A stretch of 64,000 bases of DNA, from assembly GCA_036402955.1 (NCBI GenBank), contig DASWRX010000022.1, forward strand, positions 1,442 through 65,441. Reading direction: 5' to 3'. The DNA comes from Thermoanaerobaculia bacterium. Its GTDB lineage: Bacteria; Acidobacteriota; Thermoanaerobaculia; Multivoradales; UBA5704. The position numbers and the translations under genes are program-made. Under the pieces are notes generated by a model. That model worked only from the letters and a program-made list of their open reading frames with translations. It made no database searches and was not told where the DNA came from. Below are positions 42,486-49,869 of the stretch, one piece after another (position 1 is the first letter of the stretch; each line of letters begins with the position of its first letter).

Positions 42486-43859
42486 ATGTACCGCCGCATC
42501 ATGGTCCTCGCCACCCTGGTCCTCGCCTCCCTGACGGCCACGCCGCCGTCCTGGGCCGCCACCGTCAACGTCGTGGCGGGTGGGGCTGCGGGCCTGGTCT
42601 TCACCCCGCACGAGGTCCACGTTCATCCCGGCGACACGGTGATCTGGACGAACGGCGGCGGTCTTCACAGCGTCACCGCGGACGACGGGAGCTTCGGCAA
42701 CACGGCGGACACCTCGGCCTGGACCGTCTCTCATACCTTCTCCACGGTCGGCACCGTGGGCTATCACTGCGAGGAGCACGGCTCCCCGGGCCACGGCATG
42801 TTCGGCACCGTCGTCGTCGAGGACGCCGGTGGTGGTGGCGGCAGCCATCCGGGGACGCTCGGCTTCAGCCTGGCCAACTTCTCGGTCAACGAGGGAGCGG
42901 GCACGGCCACCCTCGCCGTCCAGCGCACCGGCGGCGCGGACGGGGCGGTCTCCGTCGCGTATGCCGCCACGGCCGGCACCGCCACCGCGGGACAGGACTT
43001 CACCTCCGCGAGCGGCACCCTGTCCTGGGCCGACCAGGACGGCTCGACCAAGACGTTCACCGTGACGGTGATCAATGACACGAACCCCGAGCCCACCGAG
43101 ACGGTCCTGCTGGCGCTGTCGAACCCCACCGGCGGCGCGGTCCTGGACGCCGCTCACAAGAACGCCACGCTGAGCATCCAGGACAACGACTCGGGCGGCG
43201 GTGGCGGCGGTCCGGTGAAGGCGCCCTCCAATCTGCAGGCGGTGGCGCACTCGACCAGCGAGATCGACCTCACCTGGACCGACAACTCGACCAACGAGAC
43301 CGGTTTCTCGGTCGAGCGCCGGACGGTCGGCGGCACCTACGAGGTGGTCGCCACCGTGAGCGCCAACACCACGAGCGCTCCGGTGTCCGGGCTCGATCCG
43401 GCCTCCTTCTCCCTGTTCCGCGTCCGCGCGACGGGCTCCAGCAGCAGCAACTTCTCCCCGTACTCCGCGGAGATCGCGGCGGCGACCCTGGCCGATCCCG
43501 GCGCCTGCGTCGCCGGGGCCAACGCCCTGTGCCTGAACAACGGCCGTTTCAAGGCCACGATCGACTTCCACGCCACCACCAGCGACGGCCACGGCTCCGC
43601 CGTGCCGCTCCCCGCGGCCCCGGACTCCGGCCTGTTCTACTTCTTCAACCCCACCAACATCGAGATGCTGATCAAGGTGCTCAACGCCTGCGTGGCTCCG
43701 TTCAACCACTACTGGGTCTTCTTCGCGGCGACCACCAACGTCGAGTTCGACGTCGTCGTCACCGACACCCAGACGGGCAAGACCAAGACCTACTACAACC
43801 CGCTCAACCAGGCCGCCGCGCCGATTCAGGACATCAATGCGTTCGCGACCTGCCCGTAG
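42486..43859 (+). CDS. Secreted mosaic protein: cupredoxin (type-1 Cu) - Calx-beta - fibronectin type III - unassigned Cys-bounded C-terminal domain
   Basis: Track ORF 42432..43859. Start at Met19 (ATG at 42486), behind AAGGAGGAG. Signal peptide MYRRIMVLATLVLASLTATPPSWA. Cu-ligand context LHSV...GYHCEEHGSPGHGMFG. Calx-beta segment FSVNEGAGTATLAVQRTGGADGAVSVAYAT...DFT...TVTVINDTNPEPTE. FN3 segment PSNLQAVAHSTSEIDLTWTDNSTNETGFSVERR. Confidence 0.8.
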   Translation: MYRRIMVLATLVLASLTATPPSWAATVNVVAGGAAGLVFTPHEVHVHPGDTVIWTNGGGLHSVTADDGSFGNTADTSAWTVSHTFSTVGTVGYHCEEHGSPGHGMFGTVVVEDAGGGGGSHPGTLGFSLANFSVNEGAGTATLAVQRTGGADGAVSVAYAATAGTATAGQDFTSASGTLSWADQDGSTKTFTVTVINDTNPEPTETVLLALSNPTGGAVLDAAHKNATLSIQDNDSGGGGGGPVKAPSNLQAVAHSTSEIDLTWTDNSTNETGFSVERRTVGGTYEVVATVSANTTSAPVSGLDPASFSLFRVRATGSSSSNFSPYSAEIAAATLADPGACVAGANALCLNNGRFKATIDFHATTSDGHGSAVPLPAAPDSGLFYFFNPTNIEMLIKVLNACVAPFNHYWVFFAATTNVEFDVVVTDTQTGKTKTYYNPLNQAAAPIQDINAFATCP

Positions 43860-43881
43860 ACATGAGGACGCCGGCGGCTCT

Positions 43882-43926
43882 CCCCCTCTCCCGGTGAGGG
43901 AGGGTGGGAGGGGCCGGGAGAGGGGG
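43882..43926 (+). other. Strong GC-rich hairpin, 13-bp perfect stem with 19-nt G-rich loop, between the cupredoxin gene and the next gene
   Basis: CCCCCTCTCCCGG (43882-43894) pairs perfectly with CCGGGAGAGGGGG (43914-43926). No U-tract follows, so it is not a canonical intrinsic terminator. Confidence 0.45.
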
Positions 43927-43944
43927 CCGGGGGGTGAGGGCCCG

Positions 43945-44355
43945 GTGGTGCTCCTCGCCCTCGCTCTCCTCCTCGCCGGCTGCGGCACGGTGAAGAGCCC
44001 CACCGAGCCGACGTCCGTGACGCCCGGCGTCGCGGCCTTCACCTTCGCGCAGATCCAGTCGCAGATTTTCACCCCGGTCTGCGCGAAGGCGGGCTGCCAC
44101 GCCGCGGGCTCGGCCCCTTCCGGCCTGGTGCTGGACGCGGGCCAGAGCTACGGCAACCTGGTGGGGCATGCGTCGAGCGAGAGCCCGCTCAACCGCGTCT
44201 CGCCCGGAAATCCGGACGGCAGCTACATCATCCTGAAGCTCCGCGGCGATCCCAGCATCACGGGCGAGCGGATGCCGCTCGGCGGCCCCTATCTCACCTC
44301 CGCGCAGATCGAGGGCATCGCGGCCTGGATCCGCGCGGGCGCTCCGAACAATTGA
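43945..44355 (+). CDS. Lipoprotein with cytochrome-c-like (planctomycete PSCyt-type layout) domain carrying CX4CH instead of CXXCH
   Basis: Track ORF 43837..44355. GTG at 43945 gives (M)VLLALALLLAGCGT, a lipobox. FTPVCAKAGCHAAG...PGNPDGSYIILKLRG...MPLGGPYLTSAQIEGIAAWIRAGAPNN resembles the PSCyt layout. The start codon is ambiguous: an ATG at 43837 would add an Arg-rich 36-aa extension spanning the hairpin. Confidence 0.6.
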   Translation: MVLLALALLLAGCGTVKSPTEPTSVTPGVAAFTFAQIQSQIFTPVCAKAGCHAAGSAPSGLVLDAGQSYGNLVGHASSESPLNRVSPGNPDGSYIILKLRGDPSITGERMPLGGPYLTSAQIEGIAAWIRAGAPNN

Positions 44356-44369
44356 TGAGAGGAAGAGGA

Positions 44370-45176
44370 ATGCGAACGTTCGCCGCCGCGGCCCTCCTGG
44401 CCGCCCTGCTCGCCACCGCTCCCGCGGTGGCTCAGCCCGACGCCGGGCCGTACGAGCCCATCCGCCGCGATCCGCTGGGCACGATCCTGATCAACGGCGC
44501 CACCCCCTACACGCTGGGGGCGCGCAAGCTCGAGGTGCTCTTCACCCATCGCTTCCAGCAGCCGGTCAACGACGGCGACTCCCACAATCTCTGGGGGCTG
44601 GACAACGGCGCCGACGTCGGCATCGGCCTCGCCTGGGGAGTCGCTCCCCATCTCGACCTCTCGCTCTACCGTGCCTCCTTCCAGGAGGACTTCGAGCTGG
44701 CGGGCAAGTTCCTCGTTCTCGAGCAGGCCCGCCGGATTCCCCTGACCTTCGCCGTGCGCGCGGGCGCCGATCTCCTCCGGCGGCCCGGGGTGGCGGACCA
44801 CAGCCGGCCCTTCGCCCAGCTCCTGCTGTCGCGCCAGCTCGCGCCGGGGATCAACCTCCTCCTCTCCCCGTCCTGGGTGAGCGACACGCCGCGGCTCAAG
44901 AACGCCTTCAACGTGCCGATCGGGCTCACCTTCCCGCTGCCGGGCAAGCAGTTGATCGAGATCGAGTACATCCCCGCCAACCGCGACCTGAAGGACAGCC
45001 GCGACGCCTGGCACGTCGCCCTTTCCAAGGCCCTGGGCGGCCACATCTTCGAGATCGTCCTCGGCGACTCGCGCGCCACCACGGTCGACCAGATGCTGGG
45101 CGGCGACTCGGCCGCCGGCTTCAAGACCCGGGACATCCGCCTCGGCTTCAACATCGTCCGTGACTTCGGTTTCTGA
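44370..45176 (+). CDS. Putative outer-membrane beta-barrel protein
   Basis: Track ORF 44352..45176. ATG at 44370 gives MRTFAAAALLAALLATAPAVAQP, a signal peptide. Alternating hydrophobic strand pattern. C-terminal ...RLGFNIVRDFGF ends in an aromatic residue. No family confidently recognised. Confidence 0.55.
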   Translation: MRTFAAAALLAALLATAPAVAQPDAGPYEPIRRDPLGTILINGATPYTLGARKLEVLFTHRFQQPVNDGDSHNLWGLDNGADVGIGLAWGVAPHLDLSLYRASFQEDFELAGKFLVLEQARRIPLTFAVRAGADLLRRPGVADHSRPFAQLLLSRQLAPGINLLLSPSWVSDTPRLKNAFNVPIGLTFPLPGKQLIEIEYIPANRDLKDSRDAWHVALSKALGGHIFEIVLGDSRATTVDQMLGGDSAAGFKTRDIRLGFNIVRDFGF

Positions 45177-45189
45177 GGGAGGAAATCCC

Positions 45190-45681
45190 ATGCTGCGCAA
45201 TCCTTTGATCCGCCTCTTCTCCCTCTTCCTCGCCCTCCTGCTCACCGCCTGCGCCGCCTACCAGTCCCAGCACTCGCCGCCGCCCGCCGCGCCGGCGGCG
45301 AGCGAGCCCGGCGACGCCCTCCCCGACGCCGTCCATCCCGCGGGGGAGTTCACCGCGCTCTCCGACGAGGCGCAGATCTCCCGCGTCAAGGGCGAGGCGG
45401 AGGAGGCCAAGTCCAACCTCGCCCGCAAGGGCAAGTACGCCTGCTGCGTCCACCCGGCGTGCACCGAGTGCCTGCTGAAGTACGGCCACTGCCACTGCCG
45501 CGAAGCCGTCCGCAAGGAAGGCCCCTGCTGTGGCGAGTGCACCGAGGCCTGGATCGAGGGCCGCGGCGCCGTCGAAGGGGTGACCGCCTGGGACGTGCTG
45601 GAGAGGAAGAAGAAGATCCTGGAGGACGCCAACAAGAAGGACGGCGGGACGCCGCAGAAGCAGGAGCAGCACCTGCGCTGA
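45190..45681 (+). CDS. Cys/His-rich lipoprotein (9-Cys cluster), function unknown
   Basis: Track ORF 45160..45681. ATG at 45190 after GGGAGGAAA. Lipobox in MLRNPLIRLFSLFLALLLTAC. Cluster YACCVHPACTECLLKYGHCHCREAVRKEGPCCGECTEAW. Confidence 0.65.
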   Translation: MLRNPLIRLFSLFLALLLTACAAYQSQHSPPPAAPAASEPGDALPDAVHPAGEFTALSDEAQISRVKGEAEEAKSNLARKGKYACCVHPACTECLLKYGHCHCREAVRKEGPCCGECTEAWIEGRGAVEGVTAWDVLERKKKILEDANKKDGGTPQKQEQHLR

Positions 45682-45718
45682 TCCCTTTCGGGCACATCTT
45701 TCGCAACCGCTTCCCCGC

Positions 45719-46480
45719 ATGGCCGACCTCCGCCTGCGGGTGATGTCCTACAACGCCGGGGGACATGGCGCGCGGTGGTCCCGGCGGCACATCGAGAAGG
45801 TGGCGATGGCGATCTCCGCGGCCTCCCCGGACGTGGTGGGTCTCCAGGAGGTCCACCGCGGCACCCGGCAATCCCGGCTCGAGGACCAGGCCGAGACGCT
45901 CGGCCGCCTGACCGGAATGGCCGTCCACTTCGGCAAGAGCTTCGCCATGGAGAGCGGCGGCGAGTTCGGCAACGCCGTGCTCACCCGTTGCGAGCTGCTC
46001 GCCGCGGCGGTCCTCCCCCTGCCCGGTCCGGGCGAGCCCCGGACTCTCCTCCATACCCGCGTCGCCCTGGGCGATGCCGCGATCCATTTCTACGTCACCC
46101 ACCTCGCCGCCTGGGGGCGCTGGGGGAGGACGGCACGAAGTATGCAAATCGCAGCTCTCGTCGAGCAGTTGAAGCAGTCGGATGGACCTTTCGTCCTCGT
46201 GGGAGACCTGAACGCTCCGCCGGACGCGCCCGAGATCGGGACGCTGATGGCTGCCGAGCTGTTCCGGATGTGCGGTGACGACATCGCCTTCACCCACCGG
46301 TTCATGCGGCAGCGCATCGATTACGTCTTCGCCGATCCGGGCTGGACGACCACGTCGTACCAGGTGATCCGGTCGGGACCTTCGGATCATTGGCCCGTGC
46401 TCGTCGAGCTGCGACGGGACACTGCCTTGAAAGCCGTGACGGAAGCCGTCGGCGTGCCGGCGGGGAGAGCGAGCCCATGA
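45719..46480 (+). CDS. Endonuclease/exonuclease/phosphatase (EEP) family protein
   Basis: 253 aa with MSYNAGG, VVGLQEV, VLVGDLNAPPD and GPSDHWPVLVEL motifs. Its stop overlaps the start of the next gene (ATGA). Confidence 0.85.
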   Translation: MADLRLRVMSYNAGGHGARWSRRHIEKVAMAISAASPDVVGLQEVHRGTRQSRLEDQAETLGRLTGMAVHFGKSFAMESGGEFGNAVLTRCELLAAAVLPLPGPGEPRTLLHTRVALGDAAIHFYVTHLAAWGRWGRTARSMQIAALVEQLKQSDGPFVLVGDLNAPPDAPEIGTLMAAELFRMCGDDIAFTHRFMRQRIDYVFADPGWTTTSYQVIRSGPSDHWPVLVELRRDTALKAVTEAVGVPAGRASP

Positions 46481-47829
46481 GTCTGCCACTGCAGAAGGCT
46501 GAGAAGGCTGGAAAGAGCAGAAAAGCCGCCTCTCCCGCCGCGTCGAAAAAGCCGCGCCGGACGATCCAGCTCTCCTACCTGGAGGCCACCCTCCTCTTCC
46601 TGGTTCTGATCTTACTGATCGCCCTCCTCTGGTCGACCGACCGGACGCACGCGTCGCACGTGCGCGTGCCGAACATCGACAACTTCGAGCAGGCCCTGCC
46701 GTCGATCGCCAGCCTCTCCGGCTCCACGATCCTGACGGGCAACGCCGTCCAGGTGCTGCAGAACGGGGACCAGTTCTTCCCCGCCCTCTTCGCCGACATC
46801 GCGCACGCCGGCAACAGCATCCATCTCGAGACCTACGTCTGGTGGAAAGGAGAGATCTGCGACCGCCTCGGGCGCGCCCTCGCCGACCGGGCCCGCCACG
46901 GGGTCGAGGTCCGCGTCACCCTCGATGCCGGCGGCGCCTTCAAGGCCGACGACCATCTGTTCGACATGATGCAGAAGGCGGGAGTCAAGGTCGCCTATTT
47001 CCATCCGTTCCGTCTCAGCCAACTCGGGCTGCTCAACAGCCGCACCCACCGCAAGCTCGCCATCTTCGACGGCAAGGTGGCCTACGTCTTCGGCCACGGC
47101 ATCGCCGAGGAGTGGGTCGGCCATGCCCAGGACGCCGAGCACTGGCGCGACACCGGCGTGCGCCTCACCGGGCCGATCGTCAACAGCGTCCAGGCCGTCT
47201 TCGCCCAGAACTGGGTGGACGAGACCGCCGAGGTGCTGGTGGGGGAGAGATACTTCCCGCCGCTCCCTCCCGTGGGAACGGTGCGGGCGCACATCACGGC
47301 GAGCGCCCCCCATGGCGGCGTCTCCCAGATCGAGATGATCGACAAGCTCGCGATCGCCACGGCGCAGAAGGAGCTGATCATCCAGAATCCCTACTTCATC
47401 CCCCGCCGGGAGATGGTGAACCTCCTCGTCAACGCCGCCAGGCGGGGCGTGCGCGTGCGCATCATGATCCCGGGACCGGTCACCGACAGCGCGGTCGTCC
47501 GCCACGCCGGGCACAAGCGCCTCCAGCCCCTGCTCGACAATGGAGTCGAGATCTACGAGTTCCAGACCACTCTCAGCCATCAGAAAATCATGATCATCGA
47601 CGGCACGTGGTCGTTCGTCGGCTCGGCCAACTTCGACGGCCGCTCGCTCAACATCAACGACGAGGCGAGCGTGGGCTTGATCGATCGGCAGGTGGCCGCC
47701 CAGCTCAGGGACGCTTTCGAGGCCGACCTCAAACAGTGCAAGCGGTTCGACGCCCGGACCTGGCGCCGGCGTTCGCTCTGGCATCGGCTGGAGGACGCGG
47801 TGTCCTACACCTTCAACCCACAGCTCTGA
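46477..47829 (+). CDS. Phospholipase D-family / cardiolipin-synthase-like protein (two HKD motifs), membrane anchored
   Basis: Track ORF 46390..47829. Start at Met30 (ATG at 46477). TM segment LLFLVLILLIALLW. HKD motifs HRKLAIFDG and HQKIMIIDGTWSFVGSANFDGRS. Confidence 0.85.
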   Translation: MSLPLQKAEKAGKSRKAASPAASKKPRRTIQLSYLEATLLFLVLILLIALLWSTDRTHASHVRVPNIDNFEQALPSIASLSGSTILTGNAVQVLQNGDQFFPALFADIAHAGNSIHLETYVWWKGEICDRLGRALADRARHGVEVRVTLDAGGAFKADDHLFDMMQKAGVKVAYFHPFRLSQLGLLNSRTHRKLAIFDGKVAYVFGHGIAEEWVGHAQDAEHWRDTGVRLTGPIVNSVQAVFAQNWVDETAEVLVGERYFPPLPPVGTVRAHITASAPHGGVSQIEMIDKLAIATAQKELIIQNPYFIPRREMVNLLVNAARRGVRVRIMIPGPVTDSAVVRHAGHKRLQPLLDNGVEIYEFQTTLSHQKIMIIDGTWSFVGSANFDGRSLNINDEASVGLIDRQVAAQLRDAFEADLKQCKRFDARTWRRRSLWHRLEDAVSYTFNPQL

Positions 47830-47836
47830 GAAAGCC

Positions 47837-49105
47837 ATGATCCACATTCACCTCTGGCTGCTCCTCGCGATGATCGCGCTCATCCTCCTCCTGGGGACGA
47901 TGCTGTGGAACAACCTGCGCGAGCGGAAGTTCCACCTCCGCGTGCCCGACCTCGATTGCTTCGAGCAGGCCCTCCCCTCGATAGCCGGCATGACCAAGGC
48001 GATCATCATGGACGGCAACCGCGCCGAGATCCTCCAGAATGGCGAACTCTTCACTGCGCTTTTCGAATCGATCGCAGCGGCCAAGGTGACGATCCACTTC
48101 GAGACCTACGTCTGGTGGACCGGCGACATCTGCGCCGAGGTCGCCGAGGCCTTCGCCAAGCGGGCGCGCGAGGGGCTCGAGGTGCGGGTCATGGTCGACG
48201 CCATGGGCGCGCTGAAGATGAAGCCACGGCTGCGGGAGCTGATGCAGGAAGCGGGCGTCAAGCTGATCCGCTACCATCCGATCCGCCTGAAGGACATCGG
48301 CCAGCTCAACAAGCGTACCCACCGCAAGCTCGCTGTCTTCGACGGCTGCACGGCCTACATCTGCGGTCACGGCGTCGCGAGCGAGTGGACGGGCAACGCG
48401 GAGAACAAAGAGCACTGGCGCGACACCGGCGTGCGGCTCCACGGGCCGGTGGTCAACGCCGTGCAGTCGGTCTTCTCCCAGCACTGGGTGGAGGAGACCG
48501 GCGAGGTGCTGGTGGGAGAGAAGTACTTCCCCGCCATCGACCTGATCGGAAATCTGAAGATGCACGTTCTCGCCGGCGCTCCGCTCGGCGGCATCTCCGA
48601 CCTCGAGCTGATGTTCAAGATGTCGCTCGCCACCGCCCAGAAAGAGATCGTGATCCAGAACCCTTACTTCATCGCCGACGAGCAGACGACGTCTCTGCTC
48701 AAGCGCGCGGTCAAGCGCGGGGTGGAGGTCAAGATCATGGTGCCCGGCCAGGTCACCGACAACCCCGTGGTCAACCATGCCGGCCACCGCCACTTCGGCG
48801 ACATGTTGAAGGCTGGCGTGAGGATCTTCTGTTTCGAGCGGACGATGATCCACCAGAAGATCCTGATCATCGACGGTCTCTGGTCGCACGTCGGCTCGAC
48901 CAATCTCGACTCCCGCTCCTTCAACATCAACGAGGAGGCCGGCGTCGGCATCATCGACGAAGGCATCGCCGCCGAGCTGAAGGCCGCCTTCGAGGATGAC
49001 CTCAAGGACTGCGTGGAGATGAAGGCCGAGACCTGGACCCGCGAGTATCACGTCTGGCACCGGGCCCTCGACCGGGCGTGCTATCTGCTCAGCGGGCAGC
49101 TCTGA
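47837..49105 (+). CDS. Phospholipase D-family / cardiolipin-synthase-like paralog
   Basis: 422 aa. TM segment LWLLLAMIALILLLGTMLW. HKD motifs HRKLAVFDG and HQKILIIDGLWSHVGSTNLDSRS. By eye roughly 55-60% identical to the upstream paralog. Confidence 0.85.
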   Translation: MIHIHLWLLLAMIALILLLGTMLWNNLRERKFHLRVPDLDCFEQALPSIAGMTKAIIMDGNRAEILQNGELFTALFESIAAAKVTIHFETYVWWTGDICAEVAEAFAKRAREGLEVRVMVDAMGALKMKPRLRELMQEAGVKLIRYHPIRLKDIGQLNKRTHRKLAVFDGCTAYICGHGVASEWTGNAENKEHWRDTGVRLHGPVVNAVQSVFSQHWVEETGEVLVGEKYFPAIDLIGNLKMHVLAGAPLGGISDLELMFKMSLATAQKEIVIQNPYFIADEQTTSLLKRAVKRGVEVKIMVPGQVTDNPVVNHAGHRHFGDMLKAGVRIFCFERTMIHQKILIIDGLWSHVGSTNLDSRSFNINEEAGVGIIDEGIAAELKAAFEDDLKDCVEMKAETWTREYHVWHRALDRACYLLSGQL

Positions 49106-49110
49106 AATAC

Positions 49111-49153
49111 GGATGAAGATCGTCATCCGCGCGCGCCGGGGCGAAGCGCGCGC
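49111..49153 (+). terminator. Two adjacent hairpins after the PLD operon (possible terminator; no U-tract)
   Basis: First hairpin GGATGA-AGATCG-TCATCC (49111-49128). Second hairpin GCGCGCGC-CGGGGCGAA-GCGCGCGC (49129-49153). Confidence 0.3.
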
Positions 49154-49168
49154 TATCATCCCGTCATC

Positions 49169-49744
49169 ATGGCCTGGATCCGCACCGTCGCCCCAGGGGA
49201 GGCCCAGGGTCTCCTCAAGCGCCTCTACGACGAAGCCGTCGCGCGGGCGGGACGGGTGTTCAACGTCCTGCGGATCCAGAGCCTCCGTCCGGAGGTGCTC
49301 GAGGCGGGCGTCAGGCTCTACGAGGAGCTGATGATCTCGCCGCGCAGCCCCCTGAGCCGGGCGCAGCGGGAGATGATCGCCGTCGCCGTCTCCCGCGCCA
49401 ACGGCTGTCACTACTGAACCGACGCCCACGCGGACGACCTCCGGGCCGAGGTCGCGGGACAGGGAGAGCGGGGCGAGGCGCTGATCGCCGCCCTGCGCGG
49501 TGCCGGCCGGGAGGAGGACCCGTCTCCGCTCTCCGCGGCTGACCGGACGATGCTCGACTTCGCCGTCAAGCTCGCCCGCGAGCCCCGCTCCGTCCGCCGC
49601 GACGACGTCGAGGCCCTCCGCGCCGCCGGCTTCGACGACACCGCCATCCACGACATCGTCCAGATCGCGGGCTTCTTCTCCTACTACAACCGGCTTACCG
49701 ACGGGCTCGGAATCGATCCCGAGCCTCCCACCTCCGGACGCTGA
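49169..49744 (+). CDS. AhpD/carboxymuconolactone-decarboxylase-fold peroxidase-related protein with in-frame TGA (49415-49417); candidate selenoprotein, 191 aa
   Basis: Track ORFs 49169..49417 and 49550..49744 share one frame, and the 44 codons between them have no stop. Read-through gives ...AVAVSRANGCHY[TGA]TDAHADDL..., so the TGA occupies the second Cys of the fold's C-x-x-C-x-x-x-H motif. Confidence 0.7.
49435..49454 (+). promoter_or_regulatory. SECIS-like hairpin 17 nt downstream of the in-frame UGA
   Basis: CGACCTC (49435-49441), loop CGGGCC, then GAGGTCG (49448-49454). This is a perfect 7-bp stem with a G-containing apical loop about 26-28 nt after the UGA. Confidence 0.45.
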
Positions 49745-49869
49745 TCCGTCCGTCTTTGAGGACGGCCGCGGCCTCGTTTGGCAACGAAACCTTCCTTTGC
49801 TTGGCCCTCTGCAGGCCGGGAATGAATTTTGCGAAGGGCGAAGGCGTCAGCTTTTTCAGAAAGGGAGGG

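Noticed and set aside
43837-43944. ATG at 43837 as the start of the CX4CH lipoprotein
   Set aside because: It would overlap the cupredoxin gene by 23 nt, add a 36-aa Arg/Gly-rich segment before the lipoprotein signal, and run through the 13-bp hairpin. It is kept as an alternative because the GTG at 43945 leaves no positively charged n-region.
49169-49744. Interpreting the locus as two independent small genes, or as a pseudogene with a nonsense mutation
   Set aside because: The two ORFs are in frame with an open linker. The single stop is a TGA located exactly at the CxxC catalytic Cys column, and a hairpin follows it. Pseudogene or sequencing error cannot be excluded without Sec-machinery or read evidence, so confidence is kept at about 0.7.
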